Made by a program: the position numbers and the translations under genes
In this document: positions 1-12,529 of the stretch, one piece after another
How the letters are laid out: each line of letters opens with the position of its first letter
Position numbering within the stretch: position 1 is the stretch's first letter
From: Marsupella aquatica
Taxonomy: Eukaryota > Plantae > Marchantiophyta
Length of the DNA: 64,000 nucleotides
Direction of reading: 5' to 3'
NCBI GenBank assembly: GCA_973895155.1
Contig: OZ316898.1
Location: forward strand, 14,352,330-14,416,329
Notes under the pieces: model-generated
What the model was told of the DNA's origin: nothing
What the model saw: the letters and a program-made list of their open reading frames with translations, nothing else
Databases searched by the model: none

Positions 1-11
1 CTTGCCCTTCT

Positions 12-885
12 TTGACCAAGCAGAAGCGTCTAGGTACTTCTGATGGTGCATCTTCATCTTTGACTGGCATAGTGATTGCTAATCATGAGGATGGTGCTAA
101 AGCGCTATGTATTGGTGTTGTTAATTGTGTGTATGACGATAAATGGATGTTGGATTTGGGTTCCTCTTATCACGTGTGTCCAACGTGTCTTATAAGTTTC
201 AGTTCAAGTTCCTACCATTCTCATGAGATTCTTGAGTATGTACATTTGGATGTTTGGGGTCGAGCGCTGGAGCCGTCATTAGGTGGAGCCAAATATTTTA
301 TGACGTTTGTAGATGATTTACTCTTGAATGTGTTGGTTGTACTACATGCTCGGGGGTTTCACTTCCACAAAAATGGCACATCACGTGCGACAAAGTATAA
401 GGTCAATTTATTGGTTTGAAGGGAAGACTTAAGAATTTTTGTAGAAGAACAATAGGGTCCTTTAAATTCAATTTTGAGACTTATAAGAACATTAGGGTCT
501 TTCTAACCAAATTTTTGGAATATTCCAAGAATATTCCAACTTTATAGGGATTGAAAAATAATATTTTTTTTCTTACATTTTAGGGGGTCCGAGGCCTAAA
601 AACGTCACAGGGGATGGGGAGACATCCATATAGTGAGACCCCCGAGACTACATGATGGAGAAGTCTCAAGTATTTGAGATCTTCAAGGAGTGGAAAGCCA
701 TGGTGGAGCTACAAATTGAGAAGGAGTTGAAGTGTGTTTGGTCAGATACGGTGGCGAGTATAAGTCCAATGAGTTTGACCAATTTGGTCAGGACCTTGGC
801 CTCAAGTGTTGTTACATTGTACCGGAGACCCCGCAACAGAATGGAGTGGCACAACGGTTGAATCAGACATTACTGGAGGAGGCTC
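12..885 (+). mobile_element. Degenerate Ty1/copia LTR-retrotransposon pol remnant (protease and integrase fragments), interrupted by a MITE
   Basis: WMLDLGSSYHVCP (copia aspartic protease motif), LEYVHLDVWG...GGAKYFMTFVDD, EKSQVFEIFKEWKAMVE, GGEYKSNEF...PETPQQNGVAQRLNQTLLE (rve integrase core). Spread over three frames with frameshifts and a stop; no LTRs seen. Confidence 0.92.
349..646. mobile_element. MITE copy 1 (298 bp), 15-bp TIRs, 8-bp TSD ACTACATG
   Basis: Left end CTCGGGGGTTTCACT; right end AGTGAGACCCCCGAG; ACTACATG at 341-348 and 647-654. Removing it rejoins the copia integrase (...WLYYMMEKSQVF). Confidence 0.93.
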
Positions 886-2537
886 ACTTTGGTCACTCCT
901 TTGGGTCAACCAAGAGGCCTCACTTGATAGATTGATAGTTCTAAAGATTTCTCCCAAACTGTGCCCAACTGTGGGTAGAGTTGTCCAATATCAATATATA
1001 TGGTGATTGTCTCCTCTTGAACTCCACATCTTTGCAAAACTCTTCCTGATACATCACACAAGCATCCATTGACAGTGATTGGGCCTTCTGCTCCAAATGA
1101 GTTCACTTAATTGGCACTTTCTCCAATGTTGGTTTTTTTTTTGTGCACTTGGTCCACCGCCATGAGAACTCTGTCCAGTGCGTTTCTTAGAAGAAGTACG
1201 AGTCCCAATTATAGTGGTCCAGATGTGCTGATCCCCCAGTCAGCGTTGTCCCCTCTTAGGATCTCCCAACCTCTGACCCGCCGGCAAATATCTGGGTAGC
1301 AACAACTGTCTTCCCAACAGGGCCGGAGCTTGGCCAGCCCTAGATAGTGAAGGCCCCTAGCTTATAGGGACTAGCTATATAGTAGATGGACCAGACTTTG
1401 GAGGATGCACATTCCTCTTCTCATCAGCTGACACTTTCCGTAGAATCTTCTTTGACTGTCGAATAGCAATCTTCAATGTGCTAGCATCACAGGGGGGTTC
1501 ACTAATTTTACTTGGACTTAACTTGCTGGTATCTAGGTCACCACCGGGGTCACCACTAAACAAAATTTATCGATGACAACAATGTGGTGAACTATGAAAT
1601 AAGTTTAGGGCGACCACAACATAATTCTGGTAGGAATTGTTTTACAACTGACTATTTCTATGTTCCTAGAAAGGGTACGTTGGAATATTTAGGGTTGAAT
1701 GTGAACTAAGACCTGTGAGACACGTGTTAGCTTTTGCATTTCTCTCAGCTTTGAGTTTCAAAGAGAAATCAAACCTTTTCTAATTTTTTAAGTTTGATCA
1801 AAACCACAACATTTTATCAAATCAGTCTTTTTGCAACACCTTTAACTTGAATTGCATATTATAATGACCTACTTGTCTTGCAACTTTCCTTTGCAACATT
1901 TCTTGATGCCAAACTAAAGCCAAGCCAAACAAACACAACCACAAAAACTAGTAGATCTGTACTTTTTGTTTCACATTCCTATAGAAACAATGGCTTTTCC
2001 ACCATCCTAGCCACTATTTTTTTGTGAAGTTCCAATTTAGCATATCATGCAGCACTTATAACTTTAAAATTTAGCAAAATGTTCATACAGCAAAACAAGT
2101 TTCAGCTGTAAATGTCTACACCACAAAATAAATTGGAGACAAAACCCAATGCAAGTGCAGGAAAAGGGGGTTTGCTGTTTGGGTTCACTTTTTTCTCCAA
2201 AGCATTTAAGAGGAAGTGTATTTAGCATCAGATATGCAAACAGGGTAGAATTCAAAATACTTATAATATATATAACGGGTGCTTTGCATGTTTGGCAAAA
2301 ACAAAGTCTTCACAAGAAAGTATGTCCTTCACAAAAGTAGGCGAAACTATTGGACTATTAGCAGCCGTGTTCCGATCGAAGTTTAATGATCGGACTATAT
2401 CATGCAAACTATACTATGAAAAACAGATACTGACTGTTTATAAGATGTACGCCTTAAGCAGATTCTTGCTAAGTATTACATATCTTGAGACTCTAACTTG
2501 CCACTCAGATTGATCATTCTAGGATGGTCAGCCGAGT

Positions 2538-5500
2538 TCAGCCACTCCTGCGGTTTTGAAGGTCTGCTGTCATATCATCGATAATCTGCATGTACTGTCT
2601 GCTTCGTTGGGAGACATGTGCAGCCTGGGGTATATGGAAGGTTGCCCCCTGAGGCTGGTGTGACTGGACCATCCCTCTAACGAAGCTACTGCACGAACCG
2701 TCAGCCTCGATGCGGTTGGGAACAAGCTCGGAATCAAGCTGCCAATTCGTAGGAGGTATGGGTTCCACCTGATCTACTCTCTTTCCTTTGGAAGCCCCGG
2801 TGTTCCTTGGGGGTTCTTGGACCTGCGTAATTGGTGGGTACTCTGGGTACAGAGTTCCTTTTCCAGCACTTTGCTTCCGTAGCATTCTCACAAGTTGAGC
2901 TTGTGATAACTCCATCAACTGAAGCAGATAGAGCAAACCATTGTTACAATAGTATCAATCCGAAACTATCCAATAACGAAACGGGATTCCATAAAATTAA
3001 GCCAGTCATGGATGATTCATGCTATCACTGGGCAGCCATATACCCTCCGATCCAGTAACTCAAATATCGATATACTTATGATTATTAAAAGCATGCTACA
3101 GTTAAAATCCTTACCTGTTGCAACTCCCACCCGTATTCTGTCAGGCCAAAGTTCAGATCTGCATCCGATTCTTCGAAATATATTGCTGCTCTATCATACG
3201 CCCTGCCACAGCAAAGAGTTCGTTATTGTTTTAGTCTCATTATGTTTTCAATTTACAAAACAATCCTCAAAATCGACGTGACTGTCAGAAGAGGGAAATT
3301 AAGAGAGTTGACTATACAGCTGTTCTGGGTATAAAACCCGTTTTAGGTGAGAGTTGTACGCTCTTCAAAGGATTTTGCGAAGAAATGCAAATAAGAGTGA
3401 AAAGGAGGAACTTATGTGAAAAGACTATATTGCTATATTCTAGCAACTTTCGAGATGGCGGCGTGACTATTTATTCCATGGCGAATATAAAAAATTATGA
3501 AGTGCTGAATATTAACTGAAAGAGACCAAGCTATATCAAATTACCCTATGAAGCCTCTCACAACTAACAAACTAACTGCCTCAGACAAAAATTAAGAATC
3601 GGCTTACTTTGCGGCTCTCTCTGCAGTAGAAGAAGCTCCTGCAATCGCATAGACAATGCTCTTAGTCTCTCAAGATACTTCTATTCTCCAGGAAAATCAC
3701 TTAGACAATGCTGTTAGTCTCCCAATATATCTGTTATGCAGGAAAAACGACTGATAAACCTGAAATGTACTTCGAGCCTAGCCTCTTAAATGACTTCACA
3801 GAATACATATATGTGTACGCGTACCTAGATATATTTGTTTTCTGTTGACCCTGCAAAGATTGATGATGCATATGTCAAAGGCTTGTAGAAGATTGTAGAG
3901 GAAAACCAAAGAGCCGTTGTCTTTACATCGTATCAAGAATATGTTCAACAAAATGGATGTGTAGTTAACTAGCCCGGTAGAGATATATAATAGATGAGTT
4001 GGGTACAGGCGAGGACTTATCGAAAGAGGGGATCCGCGGAAAATCTGTTTAGACCTACCTCATACAAGAAAATTAATGATCTATGACACTCATGAAGCAT
4101 AACTGTTCAATGATCGAGGAGTTAAACAAAGTGGGTGATTATGGTAGAGAAAAACTACTGACAGCAAGAAAGAACGTAACTTTAAGTCCCAAATGGGGAA
4201 CATGAACTTTAAGATTTTAAGAATATGTTGCAGAAGTGATGACCTGATCGATTTCTGGCTAAGATCTAGAGTACAACGCTACTATAACGAAAGACCGGAA
4301 GACGATAAGGTTGCAGTGTCATTCTCAATAAAATAGTCGAGCAAGTGATGACCTGATTGATGTCTAGCTAAGATCTAGATTACTACGCTACTATAACGAA
4401 AGACTAGAAGACGGTAAGGCTGCCGTGTCATTCTCAATAAAATAGTAGAGCAAGCTCTTTAAGTGATCGAAGTAAAACATTGCTTACAAAACTCAGTCTT
4501 ATGCTGACGATTTTAGCATCAGTTAGAACCATTTTTTACGAAAGTTTGAACCACATCTCACCAAATGTGTGCTTCCCATCTCCCTGTCCTCTTATAGTGT
4601 GTAACTCCCTTGAAAGGTGAACTCCTGGGTCGGGGCCCATGCCGGGCTGGCCGTCTGCTGACCCTGTGATCAAACATGAACAAAGCAAAAGTATCAATGC
4701 AAATTCATAATATGGAGCACATAGCTCTTATCAGAGGTGAATTGTTTTCATTCCATTGAGTACTAGCCTGCGTATAAAAAGAACAATGCCCCAGGGTCAG
4801 AGTCAAATATATAATGCGATGAACACCATCAATAGGATGAGCAAGCATACAAAGAAGCAACAGAACTGAATTGTAGTTCACCATTCCGTTGAGTCTCACA
4901 TCTTATATTTAAAATCTAGAGGGAAGACATGTATAAAGGGAGGGTATATACTGACATATTTCGAACTGCGCGTGCACGCAGTCGTGCTGCTGTCGTGCGA
5001 TCTGGGCGTGGCCGCAGTCGTCCTTCTGTCGTGCGATATGACCGGAGACCCCGCAGGGGACTGGTTGGAGACAAAGGTGGCGCGTCGAGAGCTGATGCTC
5101 TGGATGGCAACGCTGATCTTCTTGATTCTACAGCAGACACTGATACTCTGAATGGCAACACCGATCCATTTGATTTCGCGTCAGATGTAGAAGACGACCC
5201 GTTGTCAGATGTAGAAGACGCCCCGTTCCACTGATAGGTGTGTATTGATTTGAAATCGACGAAGTCTCCGACTCCGTGAAGACAATGTTCCTTACATGCT
5301 GCAATTATGTATGGGTACAGGTATGGCATACTTGAAGACTGATAACCAACCGAGTCAATCAGTCCAAGGGTTTTTAATGGGGTCTGCACATCCGCCTGCT
5401 CTTGGACACATGCTAGAGCCAGTAAAGAAGACAACGAGAGAGCACTCCCATCTCCCAACTCAAATTCTCTTGCACCTCTGATTGCAACCACTGCGCGTGA

Positions 5501-5704
5501 CTCTTGCTCGTTCCCGGAGAAACTTCTGACTGAGTTGTTCTTCGTCAATGATTCGAAGGGTGGTTTCCCGGGAAACAGACTCAAGAGCGTGGGTTTCACT
5601 TTCGCTCGATTTACCCCGTCACTCCCGAAAGCAGTATACGGGATCTTATCAAGAGTAAATCCAATGGGGCTGCCATAAAGGTCCGCTTGATGTCCGGGAT
5701 CCAT
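2538..5704 (-). CDS. euAP2/APETALA2-lineage AP2/ERF transcription factor with one AP2 domain plus linker, 458 aa; exons 4956-5704, 4562-4663, 3825-3850, 3608-3638, 3115-3202, 2538-2918
   Basis: Spliced translation [69 protein letters not shown]...[19 protein letters not shown]. All introns GT-AG; the 26-, 31- and 88-bp exons match the characteristic euAP2 exon sizes; total 1377 nt in frame. Confidence 0.92.
4234..4454. repeat. Intronic tandem duplication, 2 x about 109 bp
   Basis: AAGTGATGACCTGAT...CATTCTCAATAAAATAGT starts at 4234 and 4343. Confidence 0.9.
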
Positions 5705-5754
5705 TATGATAGCTTATTATCGTGGGGACGATCCTGCAATATATCCACGACTAA

Positions 5755-5822
5755 TGAGTTAGCAACAGAGGCTCATCGGAATATTGTGAGTTAGCAACAG
5801 AGGCTCATAGGAATATTATGAG
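5755..5822. repeat. 2 x 32-bp tandem duplication
   Basis: TGAGTTAGCAACAGAGGCTCAT at 5755 and 5787. Confidence 0.9.
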
Positions 5823-8169
5823 AACTCCGTATGTTTTCTCGGTGAGAGTATGTTAGTCCTAAGAACTGTTGAGAAATAAAGCAACGTACGATCTCCTTGA
5901 TCGAGCAGCTTCTTCAATTAACAACATCAGTGCCTTACTTGAATATGATCACAGCTAATATAAATGACTATAATTATGAAAGGCCACACTATAATTCATG
6001 CGTTCCACTAGCTTGTAGCTCTGACATTAATTACTAAACGACGACAACAGGCCGAGACTGGATTGTCAGAAACTAAGAACTAAGTTGTCCTGATCAGCGC
6101 GCAGTGACTGATACGTAGGACTCAGATAACAGAAAGGATAGAGTTCGTTTATCCAGCTGAATCAGATGCTGAGTGATACCTACTAGGTGACAGCTAATTG
6201 TCCCGCAAAAGGCTTCGATGTTCCCAGTTCCACAGTCTTGGACAATAAACGTTGCACGGTAAAGATTTTCAGATCTTCAATGCTGAAAAAAACAGCAAAG
6301 GCCACACCATTAATTAGCGACGGTGAGATGATAATACACAACAACACAAAATCGTTGAGCAAGAGTTCGTCCTCTAGTTCGTCACAACTTCTTCAGTACG
6401 AGCTTCAATAGCGAATTGGGAAATAGCAGTACAGATTCCCCCTCCTGCAAGAACTGATACTACATCCTTTCTGTCTATGGATGGGTGGATCTTTTATGAG
6501 ATATCGTCAAGAGGTATACTGTCGTTTGGTGCGATTCAGCTGTATAAAGAGACATGCATCCACAAGAAATCTCGATACCGGAAAACATTCTTGCGGAAGA
6601 ACTGCTCCGGTGGAAAGGAGAGTGTGGGAGACGATACTGTGATTTACACGGAAAGTAACGTGTCGATACATATTATTCTACGTATCTCAAAGGAATGCAA
6701 CGAACCTCCGGGAAACCCCAGAGGGAACGGAACAATGTTTCCAATATTTCATAATAACACACGGAGGAGAAAGAAAACATTGTACATGCAGAAATGAAAT
6801 AGGTTGTATCAACTAAGTCGACAAACAAGTGTAGCAAATCGAAGAGCAGTATGCCACCAGACTGCCGAATCAGCGCCGTTCAATTGCTTGACGATACATA
6901 AACAGCTCACGAGGAAGGAACGAGTCGAACCCTGAGATATGAAGATAACCCTCGGCTCGAGAGCTCAATTTCCTCTTAAAGAGGTGGGTTGGGCGCTCGC
7001 ATATGATAATCGGAGCGTGGTTCGATCCCTTTATAAAGTGTAATGCTGCATCCGCTGTCTACGTGACAAATGCTTTCAAGCATGAGCTCTACGGAAATTG
7101 TAATGAACAGAAGCTTTCTCTAAGCAGATTTACGACGTACGGGAGAACGTTGAGATGAATTCATTGGTTCGAGCACTGGGAGACACTAGTCAATTTTCTC
7201 AAGCTTCGTCTGCCTCTCAGTGTAGCAAGGGGGCCGTGATATTGGGCTCACTTAGCCACCAAAACTCAAAAACAAAGGATAAGGCCGGAAAGCCAACCCT
7301 CAGTGAAAAATCATAACAGAGGGTTTTCACCATTAGTAGCAACATACACGAGGGAGTAGAAAACACACATGCCTGGATATTAAAACACCAAATTGACAAT
7401 ACCTTTAACGAGAATATAGGATTAAAGATTGATTATTTAATTTGTCTTCTTTCCCCCAAAAAATATTTCTGTTAATACTTACTTAGGAGGTTTTTTGTAA
7501 ACCACAACTGCACCAATAAAAAGCCATGTTTATTGTAAAGTGCCCAGGCTCAGGGCTTTGAGCTCCACAAAAGGCAGTGAGAGCAACACTAGCTTTTAAT
7601 GGTGAGGCACTCTTCACCAAGGACAGGAATAATAACTCATGAGGGAGGGAATGGGGCTTTTATATGGGCAAGTGTGGTTTGACAGAACTTTGGGCCGGGT
7701 TGAACTCACTCTAAGATTTATTTTTGCTTAGTGCCATCAGTTTTGGTACTGCCAATCATCATGTACCACTTGGACCATCTTTATTTAAAACTGGCTTGTT
7801 GAATTAATGAAGGAGACACTAATGCATACCTTCAACATGCATACTTTCAACATGCGGTCTTGCAGAAGCTCCTTTACATATACCTGGGAGAGTTTCCCAC
7901 TGGCTCGAATCCTGGGAGATCTTGATAATAGTCATTGCAAGAGGTAACAAGAGTAATTTCACATTGGTCCTCAGTTTACAGTTTGATACAATTTTCATTC
8001 TCTTCATCCGTCATTGAAGTAGTACCTTTCTCCTAGTTTTCCTTGTTTGAACGACCACAATCTGGAAGCCCACCTTTCCGCTCTTTCCTCTTCCACTGTG
8101 TACCTGATTTGGTAATTTCTCTTTCCCTCTACAGCTATATGTAGTTTCAGCTCATGTGTTCAATTCTTG

Positions 8170-8500
8170 ATCTCCCAGCTACAGTCCCTCATTCTCCTGG
8201 GCCCTCTCCCGTGCCACTCATATCTTCTTGCGCTCTCCCATACTCTCTTCTTAGCCTCCATATCCTTACAGTGTACCAATCTCTGCCTCCTCGAGTTACA
8301 CCCGGGCCGGGTTACACCTCACTTTCACCTTAGGGTCCTCCGTGATCGTCCTGCTACAGTTCATCTTTCTATTGGGCCCTCTCCTGTGCCCACTCCAACT
8401 CTTCTTGCGCTCTCCTCTCTTCTTAACCTCCATAAATTCCTTGCAGTGTATCAATCTCTGCCTCCTCAACTTAGACTTCACCATCCCCTCAGGGTCCTTC
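8170..8500. repeat. Degenerate pyrimidine-rich tandem repeat, about 2 x 178 bp
   Basis: GCTACAGT...GGGCC...CTCTCC.GTGCC...CTTCTTGCGCTCTCC...CAGTGTA.CAATCTCTGCCTCCTC occurs twice. Confidence 0.75.
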
Positions 8501-11452
8501 GTGTTAAATCTATCGTTTCCGCCCTTCAATTTGTCAACGAAACAACTCGGCCTTATTTACCACTTAGAAGTGTCTTGATTACCATGGGAACACATAAAGG
8601 CGTAACACAAAACAATGATGACTAAATGAAGTACACACTTGTCTTGTCTCACCACAGTACTCAGGCCTAACACTAACACAAAAGTTCGTAACCGTACTGG
8701 TGGTTAGCTGTCTCTTTAGCATTAATTACTGACTTAGCTGGGCAGGGGTAACGCAAGTAGGTAGCTAACCTATGAATCTCAGAATTTCCTACTCATCTCA
8801 AAACACTAGTGCCACATCAGCCCTAGAATCAGCCTCTAGAAGAACATAACAAAAGAAAATGCAGTACAGAAACCTCTGGCATTCGGGCCAAGTAATTAAA
8901 CAAAAGGCTTGCTGGTCAAAGTCTAAATGACGGCCTACTAGCTTCAGGTCATGATGAAAAGTGGCTGCTCGTGGCCCTATTACAATAGATCTAGTAGGCA
9001 CTCTACTTAGCCAGGGTTGCCCCTACTTGCACACCCGGCCATGACAGACCCAAGGTTCACCATCAACATTGCTTTACTTACACACAACTATATATATACT
9101 AGTATCATGTCAGTACCTAAACACGTTGAAAGTTTGTAGGTATGTCAATTGAACTGATATCTCTCGATCACTCAGGATTAGAAAATTAGCGTCTGAGAAA
9201 AAGTGAAACGAAGGATAAGAATGAAGATCTTCAAATAAATCGGCCCCATGCACCTTCGCTTCACCTGCAAGGTCCAGACGTGTAAGTTTGTAGCTAACTC
9301 AATTAAAAATTATATCTCTCACTCGGGATTAATGACTAAGTAAGAAAAAAATGAACGCTTGGATGTCGCGCGAGAAAATCTATTAGCTTCATATCATTAT
9401 CCTAGAAGAAATTTCCCTCCCACCTTGGCTTCTCCTGCAAGGTACAGACACAAATTAAGACTTAGGGTCAATTAAAATATGGTCAGCTGCACTGGTAGGT
9501 AAGGTACGGGTTTTCTACTTGAAACACAGTAGTGGTGTGACGTATCCGTTAAGGTTGGTCAGATTATGCAACAGTGCCGCTGAATTGTCCGCTAATTCCG
9601 CAAATTGCTCCCTTGAGCCGGAGAGTTTGATGTGACTGGCCTCTACCTGCGATGCAGCCATTTCAGAAACGTTTGATCGGACGCTCCCTTGCCAAACTAA
9701 TACCGCATTGCTGATGCGTGGTTCGTACCTTCAGGGCCCACCGCTCAACGATCAGCTGAGAGGATCGACATCTCCCCATTCCAGTCTCTTTCATCACGTG
9801 GTCTGGAAATGCGCTACTTCAATATCACAATGGGGAATCGAGAAGCGCAGTGACGCGGGACCCACTGAGTCAACGCCAATTATGACTTTTCAATGGAATA
9901 TATAAATCCTCTTAGCAATCCATCCATAGATAAGGACCACAATTTTCAGCTCACACTTGAATTATTTCCTCGTTATTCCTGGATGTATAGGTATTTCGAA
10001 AAATCTTGCATAGGCGCGCGTCTTCATATCATCCAGATTTATACAGATTTTCCTCTTGTCAAGTATTTTTCTGCTGCTGTAATATATAGTCAGTGAGCTT
10101 AATTTCCTGTCTTGATTTTCTAACAAGGCACGATGAATATAAGTCCTTCCGTACAAAATGCTCATTGTGTGATTTAAACTCATAGCTCGAACATGACTGC
10201 ATTGCGTTGGACGGTGAGTCTCAAAACCAGTCACCTCCGATATTGACGATCTGAGCTCTGGGCCTGGCAATCTGGACAGTGTCGGCCGTAGTTGGCCCCA
10301 GCCCGAAGCAAACGTGCTGGCATGCTATTGGAGCCTGGGGAGCATGCGGTTGAATGTGGACCGGTGAAAGAAATTAAAAAACACATGCCGTGGTGAGGAG
10401 GCAAAATTTCAAGATCAAGGACCCATGCCAATTCGAAAGGCCAAGTAGATCAGTATTTCAGTCCTAGCTTGCATGGGTCCTAAGAGTACAATCGGCACAT
10501 CACCTCGCCTTGAAACGCCAACAACTATCTATCACAAATCAGTCTAATCTTCATTTTGGGTACGTTAGGTCCGCGCAGTTTCTCCTGTGTACTACAACGC
10601 TAAGGGATGTACCAACTTGCAGGTTTGGGGTGGATCCTCACGTCATCTGAGTGACTACTTAGTAAAAGGAACACAAGCTACAAGTACAGTGCTGGAGCCA
10701 AGTTACGGAAGTTCTCATTACTTCCTGCATGGGACAAGGGACACCTACATTGGGCCCAGTTAAATCAATATCGTCAGCTTTTCTCCAAGACTATGCCGTT
10801 TAGGCTTATTACTCATAATTTTCTGTAAATAAATTTTTCAAGATTTTTACAAATTTGCTATATAGTAAATTGATCATTTTTTCATAATTTACAATGTTTT
10901 TGTTTAACATTTTGATTATAAACTGAACGGTTTGAATATACAGATCCCATGGACCATGACTTGGTTTAATTGAATGCAAATGCACCATGACTTGCCTGAT
11001 ATGGTATCAAAATTTGGCCTTCTTATCTTGAACTTTTTCGTGTGCATAACTCATTCATGGTGGGGTTTATATATCACACTGCCAAAGAACAAAGTGTACT
11101 TAATTGGGACAAAGTCACACTGTCTTGCTGTTGTCATATCCAAACATATTGGTGTCTGGTCAATAGGGGAAAAACTTTTGATTGGCCAGGAAATGGGGAG
11201 CAGACATGAAGATTAAACCAGATGGGAGGCACAATCATGCAGGACTTCTGGCAAGGGATGTACAGGATTCCTGGTCATATACTAGGGAGAGGGGAGGTAG
11301 ATCGAGGAGAGAAAAATGAAAAGTAGAGGAGGCATTGAGAGGGACAAGTGATGTTAAGTGATAGCTAGAGGGGATGGAGGAAGAGTCTCACTTACAAATT
11401 TTATGATTATTTTAGAAATGTTTGTGCCTCTTTTACATTTCCTTGGCAGCGT

Positions 11453-11751
11453 CCGCTGAGTCTCACTATTTGGAGTATCCCATCAAGTATGAACGTTTTG
11501 ATGGCTTGCAGACGTAGTCAGACACACTAAAACTCTAGGGCGTGTTTTTTTATACCTATTCCAAAAATTATCTAAAAACTATATTTTTCTTACTGTCTAG
11601 TCTCTTTATCACAAAATTGGATTTCAAGGACCCTAAGTAATGTACTTATACAAGAAAGTTAGAGTATTCTCTGACATAGGATTCAATAAAATGCTCAATT
11701 ATATGCTTTGTCACATGTGATGTGTCATTTTTGTATTGCAAGACACTCAAG
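11453..11751. mobile_element. MITE copy 2, inverted and strongly decayed; no TSD recognisable
   Basis: GTCTCACTATTTGGA...CCCATC at the left end and CTTTGTCACATGTGATGTGTCATTTTTGT at the right end match the reverse complement of copy 1. Confidence 0.7.
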
Positions 11752-12281
11752 CCTAAGCCTGGATCTTTGCCCCCTCAAAGCCTCTTGCATTGCCCTACAC
11801 TTTAAAGTAGTTTGTCCTCTTCTCAAAACTATTCACGCTAAAAGAGGCATGGGCGTGTGGTAGCTCGGCATGGGTGTGTGGTGCCTCACTTGAGATTGAT
11901 AGGTCTTGGGTTCAAATGTTGCAATGTTGTACGTGGTTGAATTGTTCCTTTTGTGTGGGGTTTCATAGATTCCCCTTAAATTTTTGTTATTTTGTAGAAA
12001 ACTCTTCATTCACACATTCCCCAACCACACAATTAAACCCCACTTAAACCTGACTCTTTACCTGTTTTCTCCCAACGATGCAACTATTGCCTTGACATCC
12101 AAGTAAGACTCTTAATAATATCCTCACTCACCATCTTCCATGCATGTCAAGCATCACGTTACTGAATTGAATTCTCCTTGTTTGCCCAGCTGATTTCTAC
12201 CTCCCCTACCCTAGATTGTAATCCCTCTAACCCTCCTTTTTTAATCTTCTTTCCATTAATTTTGCACTTACAATTTTTGCC

Positions 12282-12529
12282 CTCAGGAGTTTTATTTCCA
12301 TAAAAATGGCATATCACGTGCAACAAAGAATAGGTTCATTTTATTGGTTCTAAGAGAAAACTTAAGAATTTTTGCAGAAGAATAATAGGGTATTTTAAAT
12401 TCAATTTGAGACTTATAAGAAAAGTAGGGTCTTTTTAATCCAATTTGGAATATTCCAACTTTATAGGGGTTTCAAGGCCTAAAAATGTCGCAGGTGATGG
12501 GGAGGTCCCCATATAGTGAGACCCCGGAG
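12282..12529. mobile_element. MITE copy 3 (248 bp), 8-bp TSD TTTTTGCC
   Basis: Internal sequence collinear with copy 1; ends AGTGAGACCCCGGAG; TTTTTGCC at 12274-12281 and 12530-12537. Confidence 0.9.

Noticed and set aside
1545-1555. TGGTGACCCCG on the minus strand resembling a tRNA-Trp primer-binding site
   Set aside because: No adjacent LTR CA terminus and no recognisable gag motif downstream.
6985-7032. tRNA-like GGTTCGATCCC B-box
   Set aside because: No cloverleaf or acceptor stem can be formed.
7236-7252. GATATTGGGCTCA resembling a miR171 complement
   Set aside because: Lacks four central bases and there is no precursor hairpin.
11850-11925. Possible tRNA-derived SINE head (GGGTTCAAAT)
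   Set aside because: Boxes too degenerate; no tail or TSD identified.
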